Shown here piece by piece: positions 13,795 to 26,335 of a stretch of DNA of 64,000 nt. The DNA lies in contig NC_058381.1 in NCBI RefSeq assembly GCF_018350175.1, positions 38,812,001-38,876,000 of the forward strand. The letters run 5' to 3'. Origin of the DNA: Felis catus (lineage: Eukaryota). Below the pieces are notes generated by a model. That model did no database searches, was not told the origin of the DNA, and saw nothing but the letters and a program-made list of their open reading frames with translations. Each line of letters begins with the position of its first letter. Within the stretch, counting starts at the first letter, position 1. Position numbers and translations under genes: made by a program.

Positions 13795-14629
13795 CCACTG
13801 ACAAAGGTTGCTCCTGGACCATCTGAGATAGTCCAAGTACTGACTTGGCTCAAAGGAAATAAAACTGAAAACTCTTGATCTCACCCCAAATAATCATCCT
13901 GCACCCTGTCTGAACCTTGGTCTCTTTACCCACCAGCTTACTCAAAACCACCACCCAGGGTGTCCCACCGCTAAGAAATAGACAACAAACAGGCCACCAA
14001 ACTGGTAGCCAAGAAGGAACCATGAATGACGGGGCACAGTCTCTTACAGAGCTCTGTGATCTCGACTCATTTGTCATCCATCCCCACAGGCAAAGCAGAG
14101 CTGGGGATCTTGCCCTTTCAAATGGGTCCGTTTTCAAAAGAAGATTACTTCACAACCCTAGATAAATTTGCATGGGGGTCTCCCCACACCCTCTGATACT
14201 GGGATGTGGAAAATAAAGGTTAAATGTTCCTCTCGAGTGGGAAGGGCTGGAGATGCCTTGTTGGCGCACTAGTGGTTCCTCGGGTTCTTCGTTTGGGGGG
14301 TAGGAAATGCAGTTAGGTAAAAATCGGGTGGAAGAGTTTGGAAAAGATTGTGCACACAACTTCAGGCAGAATTCATGAGAACCAAGGCACAGGAAATTTC
14401 CACAAGCTCTTCGTGTCCTGTGGGGAGGAAATTTCTCCGACGCTTCTCCCTCTCTCCGGTCCTAATGTAATTGCATCTCTCACTCGCCTTACCCCATCGT
14501 CCCACTGGGGGCCCACAGTGTTCCTCTCGTAGATCTCTTCAGCCTCCAGAAAGGTTAAGTAACCGAAACGTGCAGCCTTGACTTCTTTAACTTTACTCTT
14601 TCCTTCTCCCAGGAGCCGTTCACAGAATT

Positions 14630-14952
14630 AAGTCGCGGAGAGCGCGGGAAAACGACACCACCAGCCGCCAGGCGTGTGGCGCGAGGCACTCGCACGAGGG
14701 CGGCCGAGTGTGCGCGAGAGGGCGGGGCGCTCGCCTCCGGCGCTCGGGCCCAGCGCGCGCCGGCCCCGCCCCCGCGCGCGAGCTCCCGGAGCGCGCACGC
14801 GCGCTGTCCTGGTAGCGACGGACGGGTAGGGGAGCTGATCCCGGCGGTTTGCTCCGCTCTGTGGAGGAGAGATGGGGAGGCGTTGGGCTGGGGCTGAGGT
14901 AGGAAGGAGCCCGCCCCTCGACGCCTCCCTCGACGCTAGCCCCTGAGCCGTG
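14630..14952 (+). promoter_or_regulatory. ZPBP2: ZPBP2 CpG-island promoter
   Basis: CpG-dense. E2F site GCGGGAAA at 14644-14651, GC boxes, and NRF1-like GCGCACGCGC at ~14793-14802. Confidence 0.7.
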
Positions 14953-15001
14953 ATGCGAGCGTGGGTCCTACTCTCTGCGGTGCTCTGGTACCTCACTGGA
15001 G
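14953..15001 (+). CDS. ZPBP2: ZPBP2 exon 1 (signal peptide)
   Basis: [16 protein letters not shown]+G|gtgggg. GTG precedes the ATG. Confidence 0.92.
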
Positions 15002-18000
15002 GTGGGGCTCCTCCCGCTCGGTCCTCCCCCCACAGCCTTGTCCCTCTTCCCAGTCCTGCCTCCTCCGCTTCTCCCCCCCCTAACCCCACTCTGAGCCCCG
15101 GCTCCTCTTCTACAGAAAAAGTCAGTGGTTTCTTTCTTCCGCAGCTGGAGGTCGGCGTTCCTCGGAACGCACAAGCAAAGGTTTCATTTATGGCAAGCCC
15201 GGACACCCAGGTACTAAGGACTCTTCACCCGCAGAGTCTGTCAGAAGAGCGGGGGGAGCAGTGGACCTGCTTAAGGTTCTTCCAGCGGAGGGAAAGGGGG
15301 AGAAAGTTCATTGACCATCCACCTGGTGCTCGGCACTCTCGTCCTTTCATCCTTACAGAGACCCTGCTACACCTTAGTGTATCACCTGGCCTAAAGTCGC
15401 ACAGCTCATAAGGAGCTAGGATTCAATCCAGATCTTTCTCTGATGCCACCTTTCTTCCAAGCATCTCTACTGCTTTGCAACATGCAAGGCCCACTCAGAA
15501 TGATTTCCAGGGCTGCAAGTCCTCTGTTTGGAGTTCCTACACATCCTTTAAGGCTCAGCTCAAATGTTGTTTATCACTGTGATAACACTTCCCCACACTC
15601 CCCAAGGAAAAATTGGTCCCACAGGCTAACTTGAGATAACTTTGGGATAACTTTGGGCATTTGTCATGTTTGGAAGCTCTCCATGTTTGGAGTCCCTCCC
15701 CTTTTCACCACCTGCCAAACCGTGGGACGGTACCTTCTTTGTATGTTCAGGGGCTGGCATTCAGTAGACTATTTTTTATTATTATTTTTTTTTATTTTAA
15801 AGGTTTTTTTTTTTTTTTAATTTATTTATTTTGAGAGAGAGTGAGTGCCAGCAGGGGAGGGGAGTGCAAGCATGGGAGGGAGAGAATCCCAAGCAGGCTC
15901 TACCTGCGGGGAGCCAGACCCAGACAGAGCTGGATCCCAGGACTCTGGGATCATGACCTAGGCGAAAACCAAGTAAGCATCTGACGCTCAGCCCACTGAG
16001 CCACCCAAGGGCCCCCCTTTTCTGATCTTTAAATTGATTCCACTAGGGGCGCCTGGGTGGCGCAGTCGGTTAAGCGTCCGACTTCAGCCGGGTCACGATC
16101 TCGCGGTCCGTGGGTTCGAGCCCCGCGTCGGGCTCTGGGCTGATGGCTCAGAGCCTGGAGCCTGTTTCCGATTCTGTGTCTCCCTCTCTCTCTGCCCCTC
16201 CCCCGTTCATGCTCTGTCTCTCTCTGTCCCAAAAATAAATAAAAAAAAAAAATGTTGAAAAAAAAAATAAATTGATTCCACTAACCCTTCAAAAAATTGA
16301 TTCAAGTGAGTTCTGAATCTGTACATTAAAATGAACTAAATGCATCATGTACATTTTTATAAACAAAACTATAATATCACAGAAAAAAAAGAATATTTAC
16401 TATCAATCTAGAGTTTTAAAAACTTGTAAGAAGCAAGAAGGAATTTATATTCGTATTCTAAATGTTATAATGATAGGCTATTTTTTCAAATAGGGAAATC
16501 CAAAAAGAATTAGTGTGTCCTTGAGACAAAATGGTAGGACGTGTATTTCTTAATTTTGCTAATAATATGGCTATATGTTATCTTATTTTGTCACAGTGAA
16601 ATTATATGTAAAATTACATCATCATAGCCCAGTCCTTGTCTGTATGGATTTTAGACGTGCTAAAAAAGAAACAGTGGACCCCACCTACATATGGATTGGG
16701 CCTAATGAAAAGCCATTAACAGGTAATTTGTTTGATATCAGTATCTTCTTTTAAAATGATATGGACTTTTTTAAAAAGAAAAGCACTGTCACTTATTGGA
16801 ATGAACAAATTGAAATTTAATTTTTTAATGTTTATTATTTTTAATGTTTATTTCTGAGACAGAGACAGAGCATGAGTGGGGGAGGGGCAAAGAGAGAGGG
16901 AGACACAGAATCCGAAGCAGGCTCCAGGCTCTGAGCTGTCAGCACAGAGCCCAACTCGGGGCTCAAACTCCCAAACTGTGAGATAATGACCTGAGCTGAA
17001 GTCAGTCGCTCAACCGACTGAGCCACCCAGGCGCCCCTAGTGTTTATTTATTTTTGAGAGCCAAAATCAAGTCAGTGGCCCAACCGACTGAGCCACCTAG
17101 GTGCCCTGAAATTTATTTATTTTTTAAATTATTTTTTTAAAGTTTTATTTATTTATTTCAAGAGGACAGAGACAGCGTGAGCAGGGGAGGAGGAGAGAGA
17201 GAGGGAGAGAACGAGAATCCCAAGCAGCCTCTGCGCTGTTAGTGCAGAGCCTGACGCAAGGCTCGAACTCACAAAACCGTGAGGTCATGAACTGAGCCAA
17301 AACCGAAAGCTGGATGCCTGGGCCATGCAGGCACTCCTGAAATTTAATTTTAACTGGGGTTTCACTTGCTCCATGCTTAGACAAATCATGTTATGTATCT
17401 TGGTCTGTGCCTTATTTTCTCTGTATGTAAAAACCAGCATACAAACCTTTTGTTTTGTTTTGTTTTTAATTTTTTTTTCAACGTTTATTTATTTTTGGGA
17501 CAGAGAGAGACAGAGCATGAACAGGGGAGGGGCAGAGAGAGAGACACAGAATCGGAAACAGGCTCCAGGCTCTGAGCCATCAGCCCAGAGCCCGATGCGG
17601 GGCTCGAACTCACGGACCGCGAGATCGTGACCTGGCTGAAGTCGGATGCCTAACCGACTGCGCCACCCAGGCGCCCCAAACCTTTTGTACCTTACTTCTC
17701 AGAGCGGTATTAGTTCACAAGTTTTTATAAAACCTAAAAGTTATCATTGTAGTATCTGTATTGGAGATGAATATCCAATATATACTTTTTCATGATGTTA
17801 GAAGAGTTTTGGGGAATATTAACATTAATTTCTGTTTTACATGAGGAAATTGTGTAGTACTACAGAGCAGTATAATTTCATTTACTAAGTTACCAGCATA
17901 AACCAATTGAAATTAGAGTTCAAGAACCAAGTTAAAGAAAACCAAAATATATTTCAAAAGTGTGCTTACCTCATGTGGCTTTCCACAAGAGTATAACAGA

Positions 18001-21000
18001 ATTAAGATTTCTTTTAATTCTTGAAGTTAAATGTTTAAATAGTCCGTTAATTTTTAAATTTTTGTATTTATTTGTAACCCCAAGTTTACTAAATAGTGTC
18101 TGAATTGTTATATGTTAAACAACCAAATAATTTACTATTTCTGTTTAGGAAATAATCAAATAAATATAACTAAAACAGGAAAGCTGATGGTGAAAGATTT
18201 TCTGGAGGCTTTGTCTGGACTTTACACATGTACTCTTTCTTATAAGACTGTCAAAGCAGAAACCCAAGAAGAAACAACAGTAAAGCAGAGATATGACTTT
18301 ATGATCTTTGGTAAGACTATGGGCACATTTTAACTTATACATTTAGTTTGGATAAGAATTAAGTGTATGGTCTCTTCATTTAGTGAGAATGACCACACAA
18401 ACTCTTAAATTGACATCTAGATAGTATGTCCTTAACAATCCTCTTTCAGCCTCCCACTTCCCACCCTCTAGGTATGCAAGTATAATCTACCATATCACAA
18501 TTTTGCCAAGTAATTTAAAAACTGATGTTAATTCTATAAAAGCAAATTGATGATCCTTTTCACTGGACTGTGCTGAGAGCAGTGACACTTTCTGCATTTT
18601 AAGCTATTCCACCATTTTATTTTTTTATACTGTTAACATATCTATCTATCCAGCCATTTCTTCTCTTGTACTGATTAGATAACATATCAGATGAAAACAA
18701 CCTTTTTTCATTAAAGTTATTAGTTTTATATATTTTTTGAGAACAAACTGATAAAACGTTTTTATTAGACAAATTTCTATGCTGATTTGCAAGATTAATG
18801 GGATTTCATATTACATGTTATTTGCAAGTTCTTTGGTAGAAGAAATTAATGGTAAGCACAATTGTTTTTATTCTCATAATTTTTTAAAGCCTATCGGGAA
18901 CCTGATTACTCATATCAGATGGCTGTACGTTTTACCACAAAGTCTTGTGAAGGAAGATATAATGACCTGCTTTTTAGAGTGCTGAAGAAAATCTTGGATA
19001 ATTTAATCTCTGATTTGTCATGCCATGTCATAGAACCATCATATAAATGCCATTTTGTTAAAATTCCAAAACATGGCCTCATACATGAGCTATTTATAGC
19101 CTTTCAAGGTAAAAAAATTTTTTTAACATTTCTTTAATGTGAGATATCTTACAAATAGTAGGCCCTAAATGTTTGTTACGCACTAAGGTATATTGTTGGT
19201 CCTAGCCTGGTTATGGTTTTAAAAATTAATGTTTTAATTATTTACCTTAAACGACGATATATTTTTGCTTACCTCTTTTTAAATTTTTTTAAATAGGCTC
19301 CATGCCCAACATGGGGCTTGAACTCACAACCGCAAGATCAAGAGTTGCATGCTCTACTGACTGAGCCAGCCAGGCACCCCTGAGCAGCCAGGCTGCTTAT
19401 CTTTTAGAAGTCAATATCACTTTATAAATATGGCCTTTAACTATGCAGCTAATATTTAATTTATGAATTCTTATAAAATTTTAAATTGTATTTTTGAGAA
19501 GAACTTAATAAAAGAGAAGAACCAAACCAAATTTATTTCCATTCATTTTAAACCCTTGTAGTTACTTTGATTAGCCCCCAGATGGAGTGAAATAATAATG
19601 TATAAATTATTCAACTTGTGTATTTTACTTTATCACTAAGATTAGATAAACACATGCACACATGCATACTAAATTCAGCACTGGAGGCTTTGTTGGAATG
19701 TTTGGAACTTTTTAGAATTCTTTTGTGAAGGTATTTTATTTCTCTCCAGTTAATCCTTTTGCACCAGGGTGGAAAGGTGCATGCAATGATTCTGCTGACT
19801 GTGAAGATATCACTAATCATAATATCCTCCAGGTAAGAATTTCAATGTAGGGGGAAAGTATTTGAATAGTTAACAAAGATGTGTAAAAATTGTGAATACT
19901 TTATTTTATTAATTTAAAAGTTTCTTCAAAAATCTATTCCTCCATGTTGTGAATATTTATCAATAGTAGACATTCTAAGCAGGTAGGTTTAAATTATTCT
20001 TTTTAAAAATATAAAGTATTATTGATTTTTGGCTTTAGTTTTTTAAAAAAGTTTTAATGTTTATTTATTATTTTTGAGAGAGAGAAAGAGAACACGAGGG
20101 CAGGGACAGAGAGAGAAGGAGACACAGAATCTGAAGCAGGCTCTAGGCTCTGAGCTGTCAGCACAGAGCCCAATGAGGGGCTCAAACTCACAAACAGAGA
20201 TCATGACCTGAGCTTAAGTCAGATGCCTAACCCACTGAGCCACTCAAGTGCCCCTAGTTTCAGTTTTTACTTACTATTTATTTATTTGTTTGTTTATTTT
20301 TGAGAGAGAGAGAGAAAGACAGTGTGAGCAGGGGAGGGGCCAAGAAAGGGAGACACAGAATAGGAAGCAGGCTTCAGGCTCTAAGCTGTCAGCACAGAGC
20401 CCAAAGCAGGGCTTGAACTCACGAAGGGTGAGATCATGACCTGAGCAGAAGTCGGATACTTGACTGGCTGAGCCACCAAGGCGCTTCCCACCCCCACCCC
20501 AGCCCCGCCGCCACCAACCACTGGTTTCAGTTTTTAAAGCAGAGATTGTGAGAGTCTGGGCCATCTCAAGATGTTTTGTTTTGGAATAATACATCTAGAA
20601 TAATATGTAGCTCTCCAGGTTAATATTATGTATTTCTTCTATGATAGAAGAATGGACCCCTGGTTTTTGTTTCCCAAATGGCAACTAAGTAGCATCTTGA
20701 AGAACAACCCCACAATCATGTAATCCTAGGTTAAACCAGTAGTTCTTCCAAAATTGTATCTATGCTGGTCATTATAGTTGCTTTCCCTCTGCCATTCTCA
20801 GAAGCTAAGGACATAGTCTAAAAAAATCCCTTTACTCTCCTGATTTAGTTCCTTGAGCCCTTAATATTGTGCATGGCTTACGGAAAGCACTCAGTTAATA
20901 TTAATTATTAAATTCTGTGCTCAAAAAATAAAATGTACATTATTAGGTTTTTTTTTTTTTTAATGTTTATTTATTTTTGAGACAGAGAGAGACAGAGCAT

Positions 21001-22328
21001 GAACGGGGGAGGGTCAGAGAGAGGGAGACACAGAATCTGAAACAGGCTCTGAGCTCTGAGCTGTCAGCACAGTGCCCGACGTGGGGCTTGAACTCATGGA
21101 CCGCGAGATCATGACCTGAGCTGAAGTTGGCCACTTAACCGACTGAGCCACCCAGGCACCCTTGTACATTATTAGTTTTAATGCTGATTAGAGAACAGTT
21201 TTGGTTTCCATTTTGCTTGGCTCTTTGGAATAAGAAATAATGAACTCTCAGTTGTCTACACATGGAATAGACATGCTGCAAATAATTTAAACCTCAATTT
21301 AATTTTTCTTAACCATTGCACATATGAATTGACAATAATTGATAGACTAATTTTTGTATTTACACACAACTTTTTAGGAATTCATCTGTTGCATAAAGCA
21401 TGACATGTTTGTACTATGTTTCATCGCCTCTGATACAGGAGGATAAATTTGGTTCACAGTTTAGTAACTGTACTTCTCTCTGGTATTTTAAAATCTTAGG
21501 CAAGAGATCGGATAGAAGAATTTTTCCGGAGCCAAGCATATATTTACTACCACGACTTTAATAAAACTATACCAGCTATGCATTTTGTGGACCACAGTTT
21601 TCAAGTAGTACGTATGGATAGCTGTCGTCCAGGCTTTGGAAAAAATGAAGGTCTACACAGTAATTGTGCTAGCTGTTGCGGTAATTATAAAATATAAATA
21701 TCTAAATATTTAGATTATATAGTCAGAAGAATAGATGAATAATTCCCTTAGGATAATTGAATATAGTGATTCTTTCACAAAAAGTTATATTTAAAGGGAA
21801 GTAAAATTCAAAGCCCAGATTTCTAAATATAATTATCTTCATGTATATTAATTTTTCCTAATTCATTCTTTTGTATTATAAAACATCTCTATAGTATTCT
21901 GAGTTAAGCTGCTAGGCTATGAAGGAAAGTGACAGAATGGTCCTACCTAGAAAACAGCATTAGAAATAGGAACTTGTAAATGGGGCACTGCAAAAGATAC
22001 TATAAAATGCTGATTTTTAAAGGAAAAAATAGGATTCTGACTTTCTCCTATCTTTGAGATCATCAAATTACAATGTTTCAAACTCATAATCTTTCACAAC
22101 TTAATTGGCTGAACATTACTCAGTATAACATGGGTATAGAAACAATGTGATATTGAGGGCAGATTTATATTACTAGTATAAAATACCTCTAACTGAAATT
22201 ATAATAATCTACTCCATGTTTTTTCCTCTACAGTGGCTTGTAGTCCTGGGACTTTTAGTCCTGATGTTGATGTTACTTGTCAAAACTGCGTTTCTGTCCG
22301 TATTTATGGAGCTAAATCTTGCACATAA
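14953..22328 (+). CDS. ZPBP2: Zona pellucida-binding protein 2, complete 8-exon CDS, 981 nt / 326 aa
   Basis: Exons 14953-15001, 15145-15210, 16597-16722, 18149-18310, 18890-19108, 19750-19832, 21500-21680, 22234-22328. All introns are GT-AG and phases are consistent. Signal peptide [16 protein letters not shown], Ig-like domain, Sp38 region and Cys-rich C-terminus. AATAAA at 22668-22673. Confidence 0.97.
15145..15210 (+). CDS. ZPBP2: ZPBP2 exon 2
   Basis: cag|...[22 protein letters not shown]|gtacta, 66 nt. Confidence 0.88.
15770..16015 (-). mobile_element. CAN-SINE
   Basis: T-rich tail, (ga)n tract and reverse-complement head 'ctgagccacccaagggcccc'. Confidence 0.8.
16046..16268 (+). mobile_element. 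Young SINEC_Fc with perfect TSD
   Basis: ggggcgcctgggtggcgcagtcggttaagcg head, CT tract and A tail. TSD aaattgattccacta at 16031-16045 / 16269-16283. Confidence 0.92.
16597..16722 (+). CDS. ZPBP2: ZPBP2 exon 3
   Basis: [42 protein letters not shown], 126 nt. Confidence 0.95.
16820..17338 (-). mobile_element. Cluster of three CAN-SINEs (~16820-17037, partial ~17040-17106, ~17130-17338)
   Basis: Repeated reverse-complement SINE heads and T tails in ZPBP2 intron 3. Confidence 0.8.
17454..17677 (-). mobile_element. Young SINEC_Fc with TSD
   Basis: TSD aaaccttttgt at 17443-17453 / 17678-17688. Confidence 0.9.
18149..18310 (+). CDS. ZPBP2: ZPBP2 exon 4
   Basis: [33 protein letters not shown]...YDFMIF, 162 nt. 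Confidence 0.95.
18890..19108 (+). CDS. ZPBP2: ZPBP2 exon 5
   Basis: [20 protein letters not shown]...HELFIAFQ, 219 nt. Confidence 0.95.
19275..19381 (-). mobile_element. Short CAN-SINE
   Basis: 'caagatcaagagttgcatgctctactgactgagccagccaggcacccc'. Confidence 0.75.
19572..19590 (+). promoter_or_regulatory. Candidate CTCF site in ZPBP2 intron 5
   Basis: tagCCCCCAGATGGAGtga resembles the CTCF core CCASYAGRKGGCR. It matches my recollection of the human rs12936231 flank. Confidence 0.6.
19750..19832 (+). CDS. ZPBP2: ZPBP2 exon 6
   Basis: [28 protein letters not shown]|gtaag, 83 nt. Confidence 0.95.
20040..20485 (-). mobile_element. Two tandem CAN-SINEs (~20040-20254, ~20275-20485)
   Basis: Two reverse-complement SINE bodies. 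Confidence 0.85.
20947..21162 (-). mobile_element. SINEC_Fc with TSD
   Basis: TSD tgtacattattag at 20934-20946 / 21163-21175. Confidence 0.9.
21500..21680 (+). CDS. ZPBP2: ZPBP2 exon 7
   Basis: [14 protein letters not shown]...[21 protein letters not shown], 181 nt. Confidence 0.95.
22234..22328 (+). CDS. ZPBP2: ZPBP2 exon 8 (terminal coding part)
   Basis: [34 protein letters not shown]. Confidence 0.93.
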
Positions 22329-22809
22329 ACTTCAAACAAAAAATCGTAATATGAAGACTAGAGGTGAAAGTATTGTTACTTGCTTGTGGAGGTGGGGAAC
22401 ATAAGATAATTTGTTCACATCCCAGAGCATCATAGATCCATTAAGTGAGATCAGTAAGACCAGAACATTGGAAAACATACATTTTAGGAACTTTAAAAAG
22501 ATAGTTGATATGGCATTTGTAAGAAGGAATTTAATATCTCCAGTGTACAAAGGAAAGTGTATTAGTGGATGATTTTCAATGAAATATGTTTTGCTGTTTA
22601 CAAACTGAATTTGTTGCTCTGTACTTAAGGGTATATTAAGATCAAAAAGAGTAGCGAAGTATAATATAATAAAAAAATTTATACCTCCCATATATTAATT
22701 TGTTTGAAATCACTCTGATATGATATAAAGGCCTATATTTTACCGTTGTAATTAGAACCAAAAAAGTTATTTATTTTGGTCCCTTTGCTTTTAGTTTTTA
22801 AAATAATTA

Positions 22810-25380
22810 AGACTTTTTAAAAATACAGTTTTAGATTTATAGAATAACTGAGATATTAGAGTTCCACATACCCACTCCAGCTCATGCCATCACCCCTTTC
22901 TGGTTTCCTCTATTATTAACCTCCTGTGTTAGTGTGATACATTTGTTACATTAATGAACTAATGTTGATACATTATTATTAACTATAGTTCATAGTTTAA
23001 GGTTCATTCTTTGTATTATACAGTTCTGTGGGGTTTGATGAATGCATAATGCCTTGTGTTTACCATTACAGTTTCATACAGAATAGTTTTCACCACCCTA
23101 AAAATCCTGTGTGCTTTACCTATTCATCTCTCCCTCTTGCTCCACAACCCTTGACACCACTGATTTTTTTATTATCTCTATAATTTTGCCTTTGCCCAAA
23201 TGTCATGTACTTGGAATTATATAGTGTGTAGACTTTTCAGGCTTGTTTCTTTCACTTAGTAATATGCATTTAAGATTCCTCCATGTCTCTTTGTGACTTG
23301 ATNNNNNNNNNNNNNNNNNNNNNNNNNNNNNNNNNNNNNNNNNNNNNNNNNNNNNNNNNNNNNNNNNNNNNNNNNNNNNNNNNNNNNNNNNNNNNNNNNN
23401 NNNNNNNNNNNNNNNNNNNNNNNNNNNNNNNNNNNNNNNNNNNNNNNNNNNNNNNNNNNNNNNNNNNNNNNNNNNNNNNNNNNNNNNNNNNNNNNNNNNN
23501 NNNNNNNNNNNNNNNNNNNNNNNNNNNNNNNNNNNNCGTTTACCATTTTTGTGTTCTCACCAGCAATTAATGTGTTCTTCTTGCTTCTCATCCTCACCAG
23601 CTTTTGGTATTTTCAGTTTTTTGGATTTTGGACATTCTGAGGTATATAGTGGTATTTCATTGTTGTTTTAATTTGAAATTTTCTAATGACATCTGATGCT
23701 GAGCATCTTTTCATATAATTATTTGTGTATCTTCTTTGATTAAGTGTCCAGATCTTTGTTCATTTTTTGTTGGATTGTTTTATTCTCTTATTGCTGAGTT
23801 CTAAGAGTTCTTTGTATATTTTAGCTACAAGTTCCTTACATGTTTTGAACATATTTTCTCCCATTCTTTCCCTTCATTCTTTTAACAGTGTCTTTCATTA
23901 AGCAGAAGTTTTTAATTTTAGTAAAGTCCAACTTAGCAGTTTTCTTTCATGGATCATGCTTTTAGCATCATACCCCAAAACTCGTCACCAAACCCAAAGT
24001 CATCTAGATTTTTTTCGTTATATTCTAGAAAGTATATAGTTTCATGTTTTGCATTTAGGCCTAAAATTAATTAATTTTGTGAAGAGGATAAGTTTTGTGT
24101 CCAGATTTATTTATTATTTTTATTTATTTGCATATGGATGTCCAGTTCCAGCATCATTGGTTGAAAACACTATCCTTCCTCCATTGAATTATCTTTGCTC
24201 CTTTGCCAATGATCGCTTGACTACATTTGTGTGGGTCTGTGTCTGGGTTCTCTATTCTCCATTTATCGATTTGCCTATCCTTTCATCAATACCATGTTTC
24301 TTGATTGCTGTATAGTACATCTTAAATTTGGTTAGTATTAGTCCTCTTTGTTCTTCTTTAGTATTGTGTTATTCTGGATCTTTGGCTTTCCATATAAACT
24401 TTCGAATGAGTTTGTTGAAAACCCCCAGATGACTTGCTGGGCATTTGGTTGGAATTGCATTAAATCCATAGGCTGACTAGGGGAAAATTGACATCTTAAA
24501 AATACTGAGTCTTCCTATCCAGGATCATGTGATAGCTCTCTATTTAGTTAGGTCTTCTTTGATTTATTTAATCAGAGTTTTGTAGTTCTCCTCACATAGA
24601 TCCTGTACATACTTTCTTAGATTTCTATGTCTAAATATTTAAAGTTTTTGGTGCAAAACTTTTTTATTTCAAATTCCAGATGTTCATTGCTGGTATTTAG
24701 GAAGGCAATTGGCTTTTGTATATTAACTTTATATCCTGTGATCTTACTGTAATTACTTATAAATTCCAAGACGTTTTTTGTTGATTCTTTGGGATTTTCT
24801 ACATAAACATTCATGTTATCTGTGAACAAAGACAGTTTGGTTTCTTCATTACCAATCAGTATATCTTTCATTTCTTGTCTTATTGCATTAACTAGAACTT
24901 CCAGTATGATATTGAATAGGAGTGATGAGGGGATATCCTTGCCTTGTTCCAGATCTTAGAGAGAAAGCATCCAGTTTCTCACCAGTAAGTATGATGTTAG
25001 CTATAGTTTTTTTTAGTAGATGTTCTTTATGAAGTTGAGGAATTTCTACTCCATTCCTAGTTTGCTGAGAGTTTTTTTTTTTTTATCATGAATGGGTATT
25101 AGATTTTACCAAATGCTTTTTCTGCATTTACTGATGTGATAATATGATTTTTTCTTCTTTAGCTTGTTAATGAGATGGATTACATTAATTGATTTTCAAA
25201 TGTTGAACCATCCTAGTATATTTAGAATAAATCCCGTTGGGTCATGGTGTATAACCATTTTTATACGTTGTTGGATTTGATTTGCTAATATCCTGTTGAG
25301 GATTCTTGCTTTTATTTTTATGAGATGTTGGTCTGTAGTTTTCCTTTCTTGTAATATCATTATATGATTTTAATAATAGT
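22810..25380 (-). mobile_element. Old L1M element (3'UTR and ORF2 RT fragment); N gap 23303-23536
   Basis: Minus-strand peptide IGNEETKLSLFTDNMNVYVENPKESTKNVLEFISNYSKITGYKVNIQK corresponds to the L1 RT 'FADD' region. Confidence 0.85.
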
Positions 25381-25409
25381 ATTGTTTAGTATCAGTATTA
25401 ACATTGTAG

Positions 25410-26080
25410 ACATGTGAGCCAGTCAGGACCCTCTTAGGAGTCAGAAAACACAAAGTGATTTGAACAGGAAAAGTTTAATATAAAGAAGTACTACTATAAC
25501 GGAGGATTAGAATAGCAAGGAATTGGCTAGTAAGATATAAAAATAACACTAAGAATATAGGAATAGCAGATATAAAGAGCAGCTACTGCCACTAGGACTG
25601 AGATGGAGTCTCCAAGAAAGAGCTACCATCTCCCAGAGCAGACATCCAGACCTTATTGAAGAGGTCACAACCATGGGTCACCGAATAGTAGATGTCACCA
25701 ATGCTGGAAATTCACTCTCTGTAACTTTCCAGAGATCCACCCTCTAGGGTGCCAAGGAAAAACTGTTCATGGGGAAATTTCTCAGTCTACAAAATCACAC
25801 AAGGAGGAGAGGTTGTTGGCAAAGCTGCTGGCCACCATGCACTGTGGCATATGGACACTGAAATATTACACATACTACAGGAGCCTGACAAGGCAATAAT
25901 CCAGAACCAGAAAGTAAGTTCCTTTCCTCCTGCAGTGTCACTCCAACATCATCTTCTGACAAAATTTAACACTGTGCCAGCTGGTGAAGGAAAACATTTA
26001 CAAGGCCCAGATCCATTTTCACAAAGCAGACAAAAAGGATATATTTGGAGCTGAGAGGCAATAAATAATAACTGGCATGA
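25410..26080 (-). mobile_element. Probable ERV-L-class LTR adjoining the ERV-L internal relic
   Basis: Abrupt change from L1 sequence, at the position expected for the 3' LTR of the minus-strand ERV-L pol fragment. Family unassigned. Confidence 0.45.
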
Positions 26081-26119
26081 TGCAACCCTTTAGCTAGTCA
26101 GCTTCCATATGCACCTTTG

Positions 26120-26335
26120 ATTAATTTTTTTAATGTTTATTTATTTTTGAGAGACAGAGAGAGACAGCATGAGTGGGAGAGGGCAGAGAGAGAGAGGGAG
26201 ACCCAGAATATGAAGCAGGCATCAGGCTCTGAGCTGTCAGCACAGAGCCTAACACAGGGCTCGAACTCATGAGCCATGAGATCACGACCTGAGCCGAAGT
26301 CAGACGCTCAACCGACAGAGCCACCCAGGCACCCC
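26120..26335 (-). mobile_element. SINEC_Fc with TSD
   Basis: TSD tccatatgcacctttg at 26104-26119 / 26336-26351. Confidence 0.9.

Noticed and set aside
14950-15411. 153-aa ORF beginning with the ZPBP2 signal peptide
   Set aside because: Read-through into intron 1. The true CDS splices at 15001 and uses a different frame in exon 2.
16029-16232. Recurrent '[21 protein letters not shown]' ORFs (also at 34358-34636 and elsewhere)
   Set aside because: Translations of SINEC_Fc copies, not a gene family.
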